From Eledone cirrhosa (Eukaryota), in NCBI GenBank assembly GCA_964016885.1, contig CAXHJY010000279.1, positions 1 to 64,000 of the forward strand: DNA of 64,000 bases, written 5' to 3'. The position numbers were made by a program, and so were the translations under genes. Under the pieces are notes generated by a model. The model made no database searches and was not told the DNA's origin. It worked only from the letters and a program-made list of their open reading frames with translations. Positions 1-13,537 of the stretch are shown here, piece by piece. Each line of letters opens with the position of its first letter. The first letter of the stretch is position 1.

Positions 1-705
<705 letters not shown>

Positions 706-786
706 TGAAGTCATAGATATATATGTGTTTTGCAACGGGTCACGTTGTGGCTCAATGAAGAATTAATAAATTAAATAATCAGAGCC

Positions 787-1090
787 ATATATCATAAAAC
801 ATGTCTATAGAATCACCAGATAAAATATATACCATTTCCTCTCCCAATTAGCAGAATTAACCATATAAAAAATCAATTAGACCAAGCTATAAGAATAAAA
901 GCTCCTATGAAGAAATCTCCGTAACCGCCGCGAAGGGCTGCTTTCGGTTATTTGTCGGAGATTTCTTCATAGGAGCTTTTATTCTTATAGCTTGGTCTAA
1001 TTGATTTTTTATATGGTTAATTCTGCTAATTGGGAGAGGAAACGGTATATATTTTATCTGGTGATTCTATAGACATGTTTTATGATATAT
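787..1090. repeat. Long inverted repeat (about 135-bp arms, about 34-nt spacer) between (TA)n tracts
   Basis: atcataaaacatgtctatagaatc...gaagaaatctccg / cggagatttcttc...gattctatagacatgttttatgat. Confidence 0.95.
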
Positions 1091-1180
1091 ATATATATAT
1101 ATAGACATATATATATATATATATATAGACATATATATATATAATATATAAGATCAAAAGATGGTTAAAAGAGTTCCATG

Positions 1181-1251
1181 TATTTTATTATGCGCATTTC
1201 AAAAACAAATATCATCATGCAATAACATTTGTGTTTTCATCAGATAAAATA
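1181..1251 (-). ncRNA. Type I hammerhead ribozyme motif
   Basis: Reverse complement: tattttat-CTGATGA-stem II (aaacacaaatgttat...gatatttgttttt)-GAAA-tgcgca-TA-ataaaata. Confidence 0.8.
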
Positions 1252-1944
1252 GGAAGACATGATATGAAGCTTAAAAAACACTTGTGAATAGTGCAGTTTT
1301 AAATCAACATATATATATATATATAGACATATATATATATAGACATATATATATATATATATATATAGACATATATATATATATATATATAGACATATAT
1401 ATATATATATATATAGACATATATATAGAGATAGATAGATACACACACATATACATACACACATATATAAATGTGTATGTATGTATATATATGGATAGAT
1501 AGATAGAAAGAATAATAGATACACACACACACACACATACATACATACATATATATGTGTATGTATATGTGTATGTATGTATATATATGTATATATATGT
1601 ATAGATAGATAGACGCACACACACACATATATGTGTATATATATTTATACATATATACACACACTTATATTTATATATATATATATTAAAGAATCATTAT
1701 ATTTCTCAGTACCACTGGTATGACCCCTAACTGGTTCATATGCACGTATTTCCCTTTCCCTTTCCTTCCTGCACCCCAAAAGATGTTGACCTTCTGCCTA
1801 AACTATAACTCAAATAAGATAGAAACAAAAAGCATAAGATTAATACAGAATCTTCGAGATAGAAAAAAAACCCTAAACCATGGGATTTTCTGAAATCCAA
1901 ACTTCATAAGAACAGAAACAGCAGCACTGGGTTGCTTAAGAAAA

Positions 1945-2355
1945 TGTATGAATTGGAAGAGAGGAAAGGAAACCCCTTGTTTGGTGGGTTTGGAAATAAA
2001 GGGTTGGTACCCAGAGAGAATTCCCGGATGTAGGAATTGGAAGATGAAAGGGGAACTCCTGTTTGAAGGGCTTGGAAATAAAGGGTTGGTACCTAGGGAG
2101 GAGAGCTCCCGGATGTATGAGATGAAAAACAAAGGAGAACCTATGTTTGATGGGCTTGGAAATAAAGGTTTGGTACCTAGAGAGGAGAGTTCCCGGATGT
2201 ATTAGATGAAAAAAGGAAAGGAGAACCTATGATTGATGGGCTTGGAAATAAAGGGTTGGTACCCAAAGAGGAGAGCTTCCGGATGCATGATCTGGAAAAT
2301 GGAAGGAAAACCTATGTTTTTATGAGCTTGGAATAAAGGGTTAGTACCCAAAGAC
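1945..2355. repeat. About 80-86-bp tandem repeat, 5 copies
   Basis: Recurrent gggcttggaaataaagggttggtacc.agagaggagagctcccggatg. Confidence 0.9.
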
Positions 2356-2429
2356 TTTCCCATCCCCCAGCATTGGTGGCCTTGTGCTATTATAAGAAAC
2401 CATTATCATTATCATTATTACTTACAGGG

Positions 2430-2890
2430 TCGTGGATTGGCAGTATCAGTAGAGGGCTGAACGCCATGCTTTCTAGCATAGTTACGTCCCTTTACGGTCT
2501 GAGTTCAAATCCCGCCGAGGTTAACTTTGCCTTTCATCCATCCTTACGGGGTCGATAAAATAAAGTACCAGTAATACACTGGTATAATTGCTGGCCTTGT
2601 GCAAAAAGTAGAAACAATTATTATTTACAGGGTCGACAAAATAAAGTACCAGTAATACACTGGTATAATTGCTGGCCTTGTGCCAAAAGTAGAAACAATT
2701 ATTTACAGGGTCGACAAAATAAAGTACCAGTAATACACTGGTATAATTGCTGGCCTTGTGCCAAAAGTAGAAACAATTATTATTTACAGGGTCGATAAAA
2801 TAAAGTACCAGTAAATACACTGGGGTCTATTTAATCGATTAGCCCCACCCCCGAATTGCTGTCCTTGTGCCTAAATCCGAACCCAATATT
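2430..2890 (+). mobile_element. tRNA-derived SINE family A with a tandemly reiterated 3' segment
   Basis: B-box gagttcaaatcc followed by gcctttcatccttacggggtcgataaaataaagtaccag. Other copies near 6440, 6775, 9700(-), 15885(-), 25250(-), 29290(+)/29480(-), 30002(-), 42190, 43118, 43978, 48710, 53446 and 61493(-). Confidence 0.85.
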
Positions 2891-2953
2891 TTCTGCATTA
2901 ATCTTTATCTATTAGCCTTATATCTTAATTATTCCTTTCTTTCTCCCCTTCAG

Positions 2954-3000
2954 GCAAAGTAGCTTTGAACGGGATTACCATTCGTCAGAAGAACAAATTG
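2954..3000 (+). CDS. Candidate short upstream exon of the ROR-like gene (xQSSFERDYHSSEEQI)
   Basis: Strong polypyrimidine acceptor (ttcctttctttctccccttcag) and GTAAGT donor; 47 nt; ends in phase 1 and joins exon 16264 in frame (G+AT=Asp). No domain homology. Confidence 0.55.
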
Positions 3001-3320
3001 GTAAGTACAGCATCATCATCATCATCAACATCACCCCCGTCACCATCATCATCAGCGTTGTAATCGTCATCATCATTGTAATCGTCATCATCATCATCAT
3101 CATTATAATCATCATCATCATCATCAGTGTAATCATGATCGCTGTCATCGTGTGTGTGTGGTGGGGGGAGGTGCTTGTGTACGCACACACACACAGATAT
3201 GTGGGTGGGGTTACACACACACACAGATATGTGGGTGGGGTTACACACACACATGCACACATACATACATACATACAAACATACAAACATACATAACATA
3301 CATAACATACATAACATACA

Positions 3321-3354
<34 letters not shown>

Positions 3355-3471
3355 ACATACATACATACATACATATATAACATACATACATATATATATA
3401 TGTAAACATGAGAAGAAAGAAGATTACTGCGTGGTTGCACATAGGTTACATATGATAAAAATAGTCCTTCG

Positions 3472-3523
<52 letters not shown>

Positions 3524-3550
3524 GGGTGTGTATGATTGTGTATAGAAGAT

Positions 3551-3908
3551 TATATTAATAAAAGGAATTCCAACTTTGTCTGATTTACTCGTTTTATTTA
3601 CAATCCTTTAAAATTTATAATGGTATTAGAATGAAATAGTATGGCAGAGTATTAAATGTTAAGTGTTAATTGAACAAGTACTTCCATGCTTTCGCGATCT
3701 TCACGTTCATAATGTGTGGTGCAGTTGAAAATTGCAAACTTGACTGTCACCACACATTATGAACCTGAAGATTGCGAAAGCATGAAATTAACACTTAACA
3801 TTTAATACTCTACCACACTATTTAATTCTAATACCATTATAAATTTTAAAGGATTGTAAATAAAACGAGTAAATCAGACAAAGTTGGAATTCCTTTTATT
3901 AATATATA
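3551..3908. repeat. Long inverted repeat with degenerate minimal hammerhead cores
   Basis: Arms about 165 bp; the right arm has CTGAAGA-ttgc-GAAAG. Confidence 0.9.
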
Positions 3909-3930
3909 TATATATGTGTGTGTGTGTGTG

Positions 3931-3981
3931 AGTTTCAGAAGATCCCGTCAAGGGTGAAAGCAGCGATTCTTTGCTTAAACT
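3931..3981 (+). ncRNA. Hammerhead-like motif with variant core CAGAAGA (copies at 23782-23832 and 61803-61853)
   Basis: agttt-CAGAAGA-tccc gtcaa gggt-GAAA-gca...tgc-TT-aaact. Confidence 0.6.
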
Positions 3982-4814
3982 TTAATCTGTTATTTTAATA
4001 AATAGTTGCTCTAGGGTTCTTATATATTTGATATATATTTATATCCTTATCGAGCCCTCTTTGGATTTTAGTCTTCCCATTTATTATTACTCAGAGCTGT
4101 ACAGGAGCCTCTCAAAAGTGACACAGAGGAGACTGAGGTTAGCTGGACATGTTCACCGACATCCAGAGTTGACACTGCACTCAGTGCTCCTGTGGGAGCC
4201 CCTGCATGGACACACTGGAAGGGGAAGACCAAGGTTATATATATAACCGGTGAAGGCGTGTGGCTGAGTGGTTAGAGAATTGGATTCGCAATCGTAAGGT
4301 TGTGAGTTCGATTCCTGGACCAGGCGGTGCGTTATGTCCTTGAGCAAGACACTTTATTTGGAGTTGCGACCGATAGATAGTATTAGCAATTGGAAAGACC
4401 AACGGAAACATTGTTTCCTCGGTCCGATTTGACGAAAGTCGATCGTTCCTTTTATATATATATATAGAGAGAGAGAAATAGGATTTCGTTTCAAGCACAG
4501 CTCCAAAGTAACACAGAGGAGACTGAGGTTAGCTGGACATGTTCACCGACATCCAGAGTTGACACTGCACTCAGTGCTCCTGTGGGAGCATGGACACACT
4601 GGAAGAGGTTAACATATGTTGATGCCCTAAGGACAGACACTGGTCTCTTGGAGACGCAGGACATGGCAGCGATAATGAGGTCCAGAGACCGCTGGAGTGA
4701 ACTCGTCCATGGATCTCGGGGAATTTTACCCGCCCTAGATAGATAGATATTGTTGAAAATGAACGAACAAAACATAAAAGGCAATTGTAGCTATATTAGG
4801 TTCTCGCTCGGTCA

Positions 4815-5015
4815 TACATATATGTATGTATGTATGTATGTATGTATTTATCTATTTATATGTGTGTGTGTGTGTATACATACACATATATATACACATA
4901 TATATACACATATATACATATATACACATATATATATATACACACACAGACACACACACACGTATATATATATATATATACATACACATATATATACACA
5001 TATATACATATATAC

Positions 5016-5046
<31 letters not shown>

Positions 5047-5187
5047 TACACACACATATATATATATACACACAGACACACACACACATATATATATATA
5101 TACATACACATATATATACACATATATACATACACATATATATACACATATATACATATATACATATATATATACATATATATACAT

Positions 5188-5218
<31 letters not shown>

Positions 5219-5447
5219 CACACAGACACACACACACACATATATATATATACATACACATATATATACACATATATACATATATACACACATATATATA
5301 TATATATATACATACACACACATATATATATATATACACAGACACACACACACACATATATATATATACATACACATATATATATACACATATATACATA
5401 TATACACATATATATATACATACACACACATATATATATATACACAG

Positions 5448-5480
<33 letters not shown>

Positions 5481-5577
5481 CATACACATATATATACATA
5501 TATACACACATATATACATATATACACATATATATATATACATACACACATATATATATATATATATACACACACAG

Positions 5578-5614
<37 letters not shown>

Positions 5615-5832
5615 CACATATATACATATATACACATATATACATATATATATACACATATATATATATATACACACAGACACACACACATATATATATA
5701 TATATACATACACATATATATACACATATATACATATATACACATATATACATATATATATATACATACATATATATATATATATACATACACACACACA
5801 TATATATATATATATGTACATACACACACAGA

Positions 5833-5863
<31 letters not shown>

Positions 5864-5882
5864 ACACATATATATGTGCGTA

Positions 5883-5963
<81 letters not shown>

Positions 5964-6010
5964 GTATGTATATATATATATATATATGTGTGTGTATATA
6001 TATGTATATA
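4815..6010. repeat. Compound (TA)/(CA) microsatellite
   Basis: Direct reading. Confidence 0.98.
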
Positions 6011-6237
6011 CAGACACACAGATGTCAGAAATGCAGATGGTGGGTGATATATGTGATAGGTACCTTCCGCAAGTGTTACGGCAGTAAGAGAATACATTTG
6101 ATATTGATACTAAGGTCCTTGCTAGGAGCTATTTGATAGGGTTTAAGGGATGTAATTGAGTTATAGGTGGGACTCAGAATGTGTCAGAGGGTAAGTGAGG
6201 CGTAGCAGTGAGTGAGAGTAACCCTAATTAAATATAC

Positions 6238-6288
<51 letters not shown>

Positions 6289-6304
6289 AAAATAATCAGG
6301 GCTC

Positions 6305-7010
6305 CGGCGAGGTCGATTAAATAAAGTACCAGTCACGCACTGGGGTCGATTTAATCGACTTTCCCCTCTCCCAAAAGTGTTGGCCCTGTGCCTATATAAG
6401 AAACCATTATTATGGGAGTCGATAATAGGGAGAGATAAAGGGCGGTGAATTGGCAGTATCGGTAGAGGGTCGGACGCCATGCTTTGAAGCATAGAGTTAC
6501 GTCCCTTTACGGTCTGAGTTCAAATCCCGCCGAGGTTAACTTTGCCTTTCATCCTTACGGGGGTCGATAAAATAAAGTACCAGTAATGTACTGGGTAATT
6601 TGCTGGCCTGGTGCCAAAAGTAGAAACAATTATTACGGGAGTCGATAAAATAAAGTACCAGTAATGCACTGGGGGTCAATTTGGTCGACTTTCTCCTCCC
6701 CTCCCCTTCAAATTGCTGGCCTTGAGCCTAAAGTAAGAACCATCATATTTTTATTATTAATTCGTGGGGGAAAGGGCGGTGGATTGGCAGTATCGGTAGA
6801 GAGTCGGAAACCTTCTTTTGCAGCATAGAGTTACGGACCTTTACGGTCTGAGTTCAAATCCCGCCGAAGTTAACTTTGTCTTTCATCCTTACGAGGTCGA
6901 TAAAATAAAGTACCAGTAATGCACTGGGAATCAATTTGGTCGACTTTCCCCTCCCCTTCAAAGTGCTGGCCTTGTGCCTAAAGTAGGAACCTTCATTTTT
7001 ATTATTAATT
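6305..7010 (+). mobile_element. Cluster of tandem SINE family A copies
   Basis: Two full heads (about 6440 and 6775) plus partial tails. Confidence 0.85.
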
Positions 7011-7499
7011 CGTGGGAAATGAAACTATTTCACATTCATTTCAGAGCTGTCTATCTTCAACGTTTTTATTATTGTCATAAGCGACATGAAATGGCTGACC
7101 AATTTTAGCAATACTGGACATCATTGGGAACTGTTGAGTTGGTCAATCAAAGATGGAATTTAAAAGTGTTACTCTCTTCAAAAGCTGCTGGCATTGAAAC
7201 GGTTTCCGTTCTACAGCGGTCAGGTCTGGACAGCAATAACTCTAGCGGGGAGGAGGAGAGAGAAAAGGTGAGAGAGAGAGAGATGTTGGTCATCGATCGA
7301 TTGATTTCTTTTATGGTTTACACTTGGAGTTCATTTTCCACAAAGAATACACAATGAAACGGTTAAATTGCATGAGAGGACTGCGCTTAAACTTTCCCCA
7401 CTGATTGCATTTTACGTTGAAAAAGATTAATTTTTCATTGAACATGCTTTGATAAGATCGAATAACAACAACACTGGCTATTCTTTTCAATGATTAAAT

Positions 7500-9230
7500 T
7501 TCAGCTATGTTGCATTAACGTGTTGAAGCAACTTCGAGGAAATGCGTATAGTTTCACAGATTAAGAAGGATCTAAACCCGATGCAATATTAAATTTAGTG
7601 TAAGACCAAATGAATGTTCAGCGAACCACCCTTTTGTTATATATAATAAAATTCTAGTCCCACACATCTTTAACCTGTTGCAGGAAGTTTGCGACGAACC
7701 TACATTTTCACAGTTAAGAAATATCAAGCTAGATGCAATATTAAATTATGTGTAAGAGTTGTTGAGTGGCAGAACTGGCAGTGTGTGGGATAAAACGCTC
7801 TTTTATTCGTTTAAATAATGAAATAAAAATTTAGCTACACAAAGCCGTATCGAGTGAAGAACGTACATTCCATAGATTAAAATAGAACTAACTCGATGTT
7901 ATATTAAATTGTGTGTAAGAGTGGTTGATCGGCAGAGTTGGAAGTGTGTAGGACAAAACACCCTTAATTTTACTCGTTTAAATAATAAAAATAAAATTTT
8001 AGCTACACAAAGAGTGACAAGATATTCGTGAAGAGTGAATAACACACATTTCACAGATTTAGAAAGATCTAACTAAATGCAATATTAAATTTAGTGTCAG
8101 AGTGGTTGGTTGGCAAAAATTGGAGAGTGTGAGAGAAAGCACCCTTGTTTCAACGAGCCAATCTTTTGTATAATAAAATTCTGGCCCTCTATCTTTAACG
8201 CGGTACGTTTTCACAGATTAAGAAAGATCTAGCCAGATGCAGCATTAAAGTTTGTATGAGAGTGGCTAGTTGGCAGAATTGGCAGTATGTGGGACAAAAC
8301 AGCCGTGCTCTTAGTCGTTTAAATAATAAAAATAAAAGTTTAGTTACACAAAGCCTTATCGAATGAAGAACGTATATTTCGAAGATTAAAATAGAACTAA
8401 CTCAATGTTATATTAAATTTTGTGGAAGAGTGGTTGATCAGCAGAGTTGGAAGTGTGTAGGACAAAACGCACTTTCTTTTACTCGTTTGAATAATAAAAA
8501 TAAAATTTTAGTTACACAAAGCCTTCTCGAGTGGCAGGATCTTTGTGAAGATCATAGATTAAAATATATTTAACTAGATGCTGTATAAAATTTAGTGTAA
8601 GAGTGGCTGGTTAGCAAAATTTGTAGATTGTGAGACAAAACAAGCTTGTTTAAACGAGCCACTCTTTTGTATAATAAAATTCTAGCCACCTATCTTTAGT
8701 GTGTTATAAGAATTTCGAGGAAAGACGTACATTTTTACAGATTAAAAAAGATCTAGCTAAATGCAATATTAAATTGAATGTAAGAGTGGCTGAGTGGCAA
8801 AATTGGTAGAGTGTGGAGCAAATTATCTTTCCTTTTACTCGATTAAATAATAAAATAAAACTTTAGCTATACAAAGTTTTATTGAGTAGATTAGAATAGA
8901 TTTAACCCCATGTATATTAAATTTTGAGTAAGATTGGTTGAGTGGCTGAGTCGATGCAGTGAGAAACACATCACCCGTACTTTTACTCGTTTAAATAATA
9001 AAAATTAAATTTTAGCTACACAAAGCTTTATCGAAAGGCAGGATCTTCGTGAAGGTTGAAGAACTACATTCTACAGATTTAAAACGATCTAATTAGAAGC
9101 CATATTAAAAGTAATGTAGTAAAATTCAGGTGACAAGGCCTAAGCTTATTACAGGAAATTCGGGAAGAACATATATTTTCACAGATTAACAGAGATCTAA
9201 TTAAAGGCAATATTAAATTTTGTGATAAGC
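7500..9230. repeat. Diverged about 170-bp tandem satellite (about 11 monomers) with an about 510-bp trimer period
   Basis: cagattaa...atgcaatattaaatt..gtgtaagagtgg recurs near 7560, 7713, 7877, 8058, 8218, 8386, 8559, 8742, 8900, 9078 and 9186. Confidence 0.85.
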
Positions 9231-9995
9231 AAATATAATTGTTTCTAGAGGAGCTGGCACTGGACAACCAGCGATAGAGGGCGCTGGTGTTTCTGATCGG
9301 CTCTACGCACAACGATGCTATGTGATCGCTGGCTCAGGATGACCCCGGCCTCGTCGAGCAAGAAGATTTGACTCAAGGCCAGCAATTTCACGCACTTCAC
9401 TAGTGAAGGCGCATGGCTTAGTGGTTAGAGCATTGGGATTGTAATCGAAAGGTTGTGAGTTCAATTCTCGGACCGGGTGATGTGTTGTTTCCTTGAGCAA
9501 GACAGTTTATTTCACATTGCTCCAGTTTACTCAGCTTTAGAAATGAGATGATAGGACTGGGGTCCCTATCATTAAATCATCCAAGAGATCTCCAGCGAGA
9601 TATACTTTGGAGGAGGCCAACTAAACCTGCAAAGGTGTGAGCTGTAATATCATCAACAACAACAGCAATTTGAAGGGACGTGGAAAGAGAGAGTCGATTA
9701 AATCGACCCTCGTGCATTACTGGTACTTTATTTTATCGACCCCGTAAGGATGAAAGACAAAGCTAACCTAGGTGGGATTTGAACGCGGAACGTAAAGAAT
9801 CATAAAAGCATAAAGCACAGCGTTTCGTTCGGCGCTCTGCCGATTTTGCCTATCTAAGAGACATTATAATCTATAATAATTATTTCTAACATTTGGCACA
9901 AGGTCGACGTTTTGTGGGGAGGGAAAAACCGATTAAATAGAGCACCAGTGTCTTACTGGTACTTATTTTAAAGACTCCGTGTGTCTGTGTGTATG

Positions 9996-10030
<35 letters not shown>

Positions 10031-10109
10031 GTGTGTGTGTGTGTGTGTGTGTTTGTAAGTGTTATATATATATATATCTTTGAGAGATATACCTTTACCA
10101 TCTAAAGAA

Positions 10110-10184
<75 letters not shown>

Positions 10185-10274
10185 GAAGTTATATTTAATT
10201 TGTTGGGATTCAACAAGCTTGAAAGTTTTATAACTCATATAAAGCACTCAACAAGTTACTGGAGTAAATATTCA

Positions 10275-10548
10275 ATTTATTAATAAATGGAAACTATATT
10301 TATAAAACCATAATTATTTTATTATATATATTTCAAGGGCAACCAAGGCAATTTTGGTGCGCTTTCATCAGATAAAATACAAAATATGTTTTATAAATGT
10401 TGTTTTTCTACGGGTATGTCAACATTTATAAAACATATTTTGTATTTTATCTGATGAAAGCGCACCAAAATTGCCTTGGTTGCCCTTGAAATATATATAA
10501 TAAAATAATTAAGGTTTTATAAATATAGTTTCCATTTATTAATAAATT
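10275..10548. repeat. Fold-back inverted repeat of hammerhead family H1
   Basis: Arms about 128 bp, spacer about 17 nt. Confidence 0.95.
10443..10507 (+). ncRNA. Type I hammerhead (family H1); inverted twin at 10315-10379
   Basis: tattttat-CTGATGA-aagcgcaccaa..ttggttgccctt-GAAA-tatata-TA-ataaaata. Confidence 0.8.
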
Positions 10549-10790
10549 ATATATATATATATCCATATCCAGGGACTATAATGTGAAGTTACTGTATTAC
10601 AACAGCAGAGGCCCGACAAGCTTTTGATTCCAGAGTCGGACCAGATCGATACAGATCGAACCTTCAGCTGATCAATAGCGAAACGCGCGTCGTTACCAAT
10701 CAATAAACGTAATGCAGGCTTAGCAAATCGTCCTTATATATATATATATACGATATTAACAAATGGAAACTATATTTATAAAACCATATC

Positions 10791-10855
10791 TATTTTATTA
10801 TACATATTTCAAGGATACCATGTTAAATTATGGTATGCTTTCATCAGACAAAATA
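10791..10855 (-). ncRNA. Type I hammerhead (family H1)
   Basis: tttcaaggataccat...atggtatgctttcatcag on + is the core plus stem II on -. Confidence 0.7.
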
Positions 10856-11257
10856 CAATATATACCAGTTTTATAAATAAATATTGACATACCCTTTCAA
10901 AATGCAACCGTTACTTTTGGAAGACATCGGAATAGTGGATTTGTTTACTTATATTAGTAAGTCGTTGTGTTACAGAGAAGGAAAAAGACGGAGAGAGAGA
11001 AAAGCGGAGAGGGAGAAAAGGAAGAAAGAAAGAAAAAAAGAAAAAAAGAAAAAAAGAGAGAAAAAAACGAGAGAGAGATATCAAACCACCAGACATAGAA
11101 AAAATCGAGAGAGAGAAATATAGAGATAGAAATATAGATATAGAGATATAGTTTCCATTTGTTAATATCGTATATTTACTCCAAATCATTGTCGAGTGCT
11201 TTATATCAGTTATAAAAATATTTGCTTGTTGTATCCCAACAATTTAAATAGAACTTT

Positions 11258-11293
<36 letters not shown>

Positions 11294-12159
11294 ATCATCA
11301 TCATCATCATCATTTTACGTCCACTTTTCCCTGCTTGCAAGGGTGGGACGGGAACTGATTCTGGCTCGATTTCTACAGCTGGATGCCCTTTCTAACACCA
11401 ACCTCATTTACAGTGAGTGCTGGGTGCTTTTTTGCCGCGGCACCTCCACGACCACTTTGCAGTGGAATGATATGGACCCTCGTCCCTATCATCTGATATG
11501 GACCCTAGTCCCTATCATCTCATTTCTACAGCTGAGTAAACTGGAGCAATGGGAAATAAAGTGTCTTGCTCAAGGAAACAACACATCACCCGGTCTGAGA
11601 ATTGAACTCACAACCTTTCGATTGCAAGGCCAATGCTCTAACCACTAAGCCATAGGTTTATGGGGTGGGGTGCCTCGTGGGGGCAGTGTTTCTACTAGTA
11701 TAGATATGTATGTGTGTGAATGTGTGTAATAAGGTTCCACCTCACACAGGCTTTTAATTCACATACACATACATAGGCTCAAACACACACACACACACAT
11801 GTGAACGTATGCATTAACATTATTCAACATGATGCAAGGGAGATAACTAACGATAACAATGATCTAATAATAAAAACGAAAACACAAACAAAAACATTTT
11901 ATTTTTAACTTTTTCTAATATTAATTCCATCTGATAATTAAAAAATCCAAATTGAAGTCGTTAAATGTTTTAAGGATTAGCTGACTAATCCTTAAACATT
12001 TTGTTATTGCAAGGGATCAGCTAAAATTCCCATTGGGGAATAATATAACACGCAACGTTTATTTTTCCTAGTATCGTCTGCTTGCTTCCATTTTTTAACT
12101 CTCCCTCTCTCCTCCTCTTATTTCACTCCCTCTCTGGTTTGTATCTATCTATGACTCTT

Positions 12160-12690
12160 GTTTCACTCACTCTCACTCTCTCTCTCTCTCTCCCACTCAC
12201 TCACTCTCACTCTCTCTCTCTCCCACTCACTCACTCTCTCCCACTCACTCACTCTCTCCCACTCACTCACTCTCTCTCTCACTATCTCTCTCACTCACTC
12301 TCTCTCTCTCTCTCACTCACTCTCTCTCACTCACTCTCTCTCACTCACTCACTCTCTCTCACTCACTCACTCTCTCTCACTCACTCACTCACTCACTCAC
12401 TCACTCACTCACTCACTCACTCACTCACTCACTCACTCACTCACTCACTCACTCACTCACTCACTCACTCACTCACTCACTCACTCACTCACTCACTCAC
12501 TCACTCACTCACTCACTCACTCACTCTCTCCTGTTTCACTCTCCTATTTCACTCTCTCCTATTTCACTCTCTCTCTCTCTCTCCTATTTCACTCTCTCTC
12601 TCTCTCTCTCTCTCCTATTTCACTCTCTCTCTCTCTCTCCTATTTCTCTCTCTCTCTCTCTCTCCTATTTCTCTCTCTCTCTCTCTCACT
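12160..12690. repeat. (TCAC)n/(TC)n microsatellite
   Basis: Direct reading. Confidence 0.97.
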
Positions 12691-12995
12691 CATGTTTCAC
12701 TCCCTTTCATCCACTCTCTCTTTCTTCCCTTTTCTCTATACTTTTAGTGCTTTTTTTACCTCTCACTCCCCCCTCTCTCTACATTTCTTTTCCTACCTCT
12801 CTCTCTCTCTCTACTATCAACTTACTCTCATTATTCTCTCCCTCTCTATATCTACCAGGAAAGTTTTCCTGATGATTTCCTTCGAATGAAACAGTTCTAG
12901 TCCTGTAGAAGCAGTTTCTATATGACATTTTGTATATACTCTACTAATGTATTGAGTACCTTACTTACTGTGGTTACGCCTGATTGAACACAGGC

Positions 12996-13034
<39 letters not shown>

Positions 13035-13313
13035 ATGAATGAGTCGGGACACCGACGGCTGAGCTCTTGCCATTTCAACAACTAATGCCAGACTGCAACC
13101 ATACTCTACTATTCCAAGTATTGAGTACTCTGGTGAGTTATGGTCTAATAAGTTTCTAACTGAATCCATCTTGATATATATATATATATAAGTAGAAGGG
13201 GTATTTAATTTGTTGGAAGTCCGATTTAGAGCACTCAACAGTCTATCCAGAGAATATCCAACTGATAAGGTATGATTTTCATGGGTATGTCTCTATTTAT
13301 AAAACAAACTTTG

Positions 13314-13376
13314 TATTTTATCTGAGGAAAGCATACCAATGTGTTTTGGTACCCTTGAAATATATATAATAAAATA
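13314..13376 (+). ncRNA. Type I hammerhead (family H1)
   Basis: tattttat-CTGAGGA-aagcataccaa..ttggtaccctt-GAAA-tatata-TA-ataaaata. Confidence 0.75.
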
Positions 13377-13537
13377 AATATGGTTTTATAAATATAGTTT
13401 CCATTTATTTAATATCATTATATATATATATTTAAATACCTCTGATTTATACATAGAGCACTCTTTTTTTCCTTTGCTTTTTCTTTGGAAATACTTAACA
13501 CACACACACATATATGTGTATATATATATATATATAT

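Noticed and set aside
4252-4330. tRNA gene-like A/B boxes (many copies)
   Set aside because: They continue into SINE bodies and lack a full cloverleaf; called as SINE heads
4750-6136. 400+ aa YI/HT/CV-rich ORFs (also at 317-735, 1240-1664, 17568-18163, 27252-27773, 59905-60613)
   Set aside because: Translations of dinucleotide microsatellites; open in several frames only because the repeats lack stops
10660-10700. Hammerhead-like ctgatca...gaaacgcgcgtc; also near 14545(-), 28408, 30858, 44778, 52068 and 63865(-)
   Set aside because: Core nucleotides or stems are mutated; at most decayed relics, not counted as ribozymes
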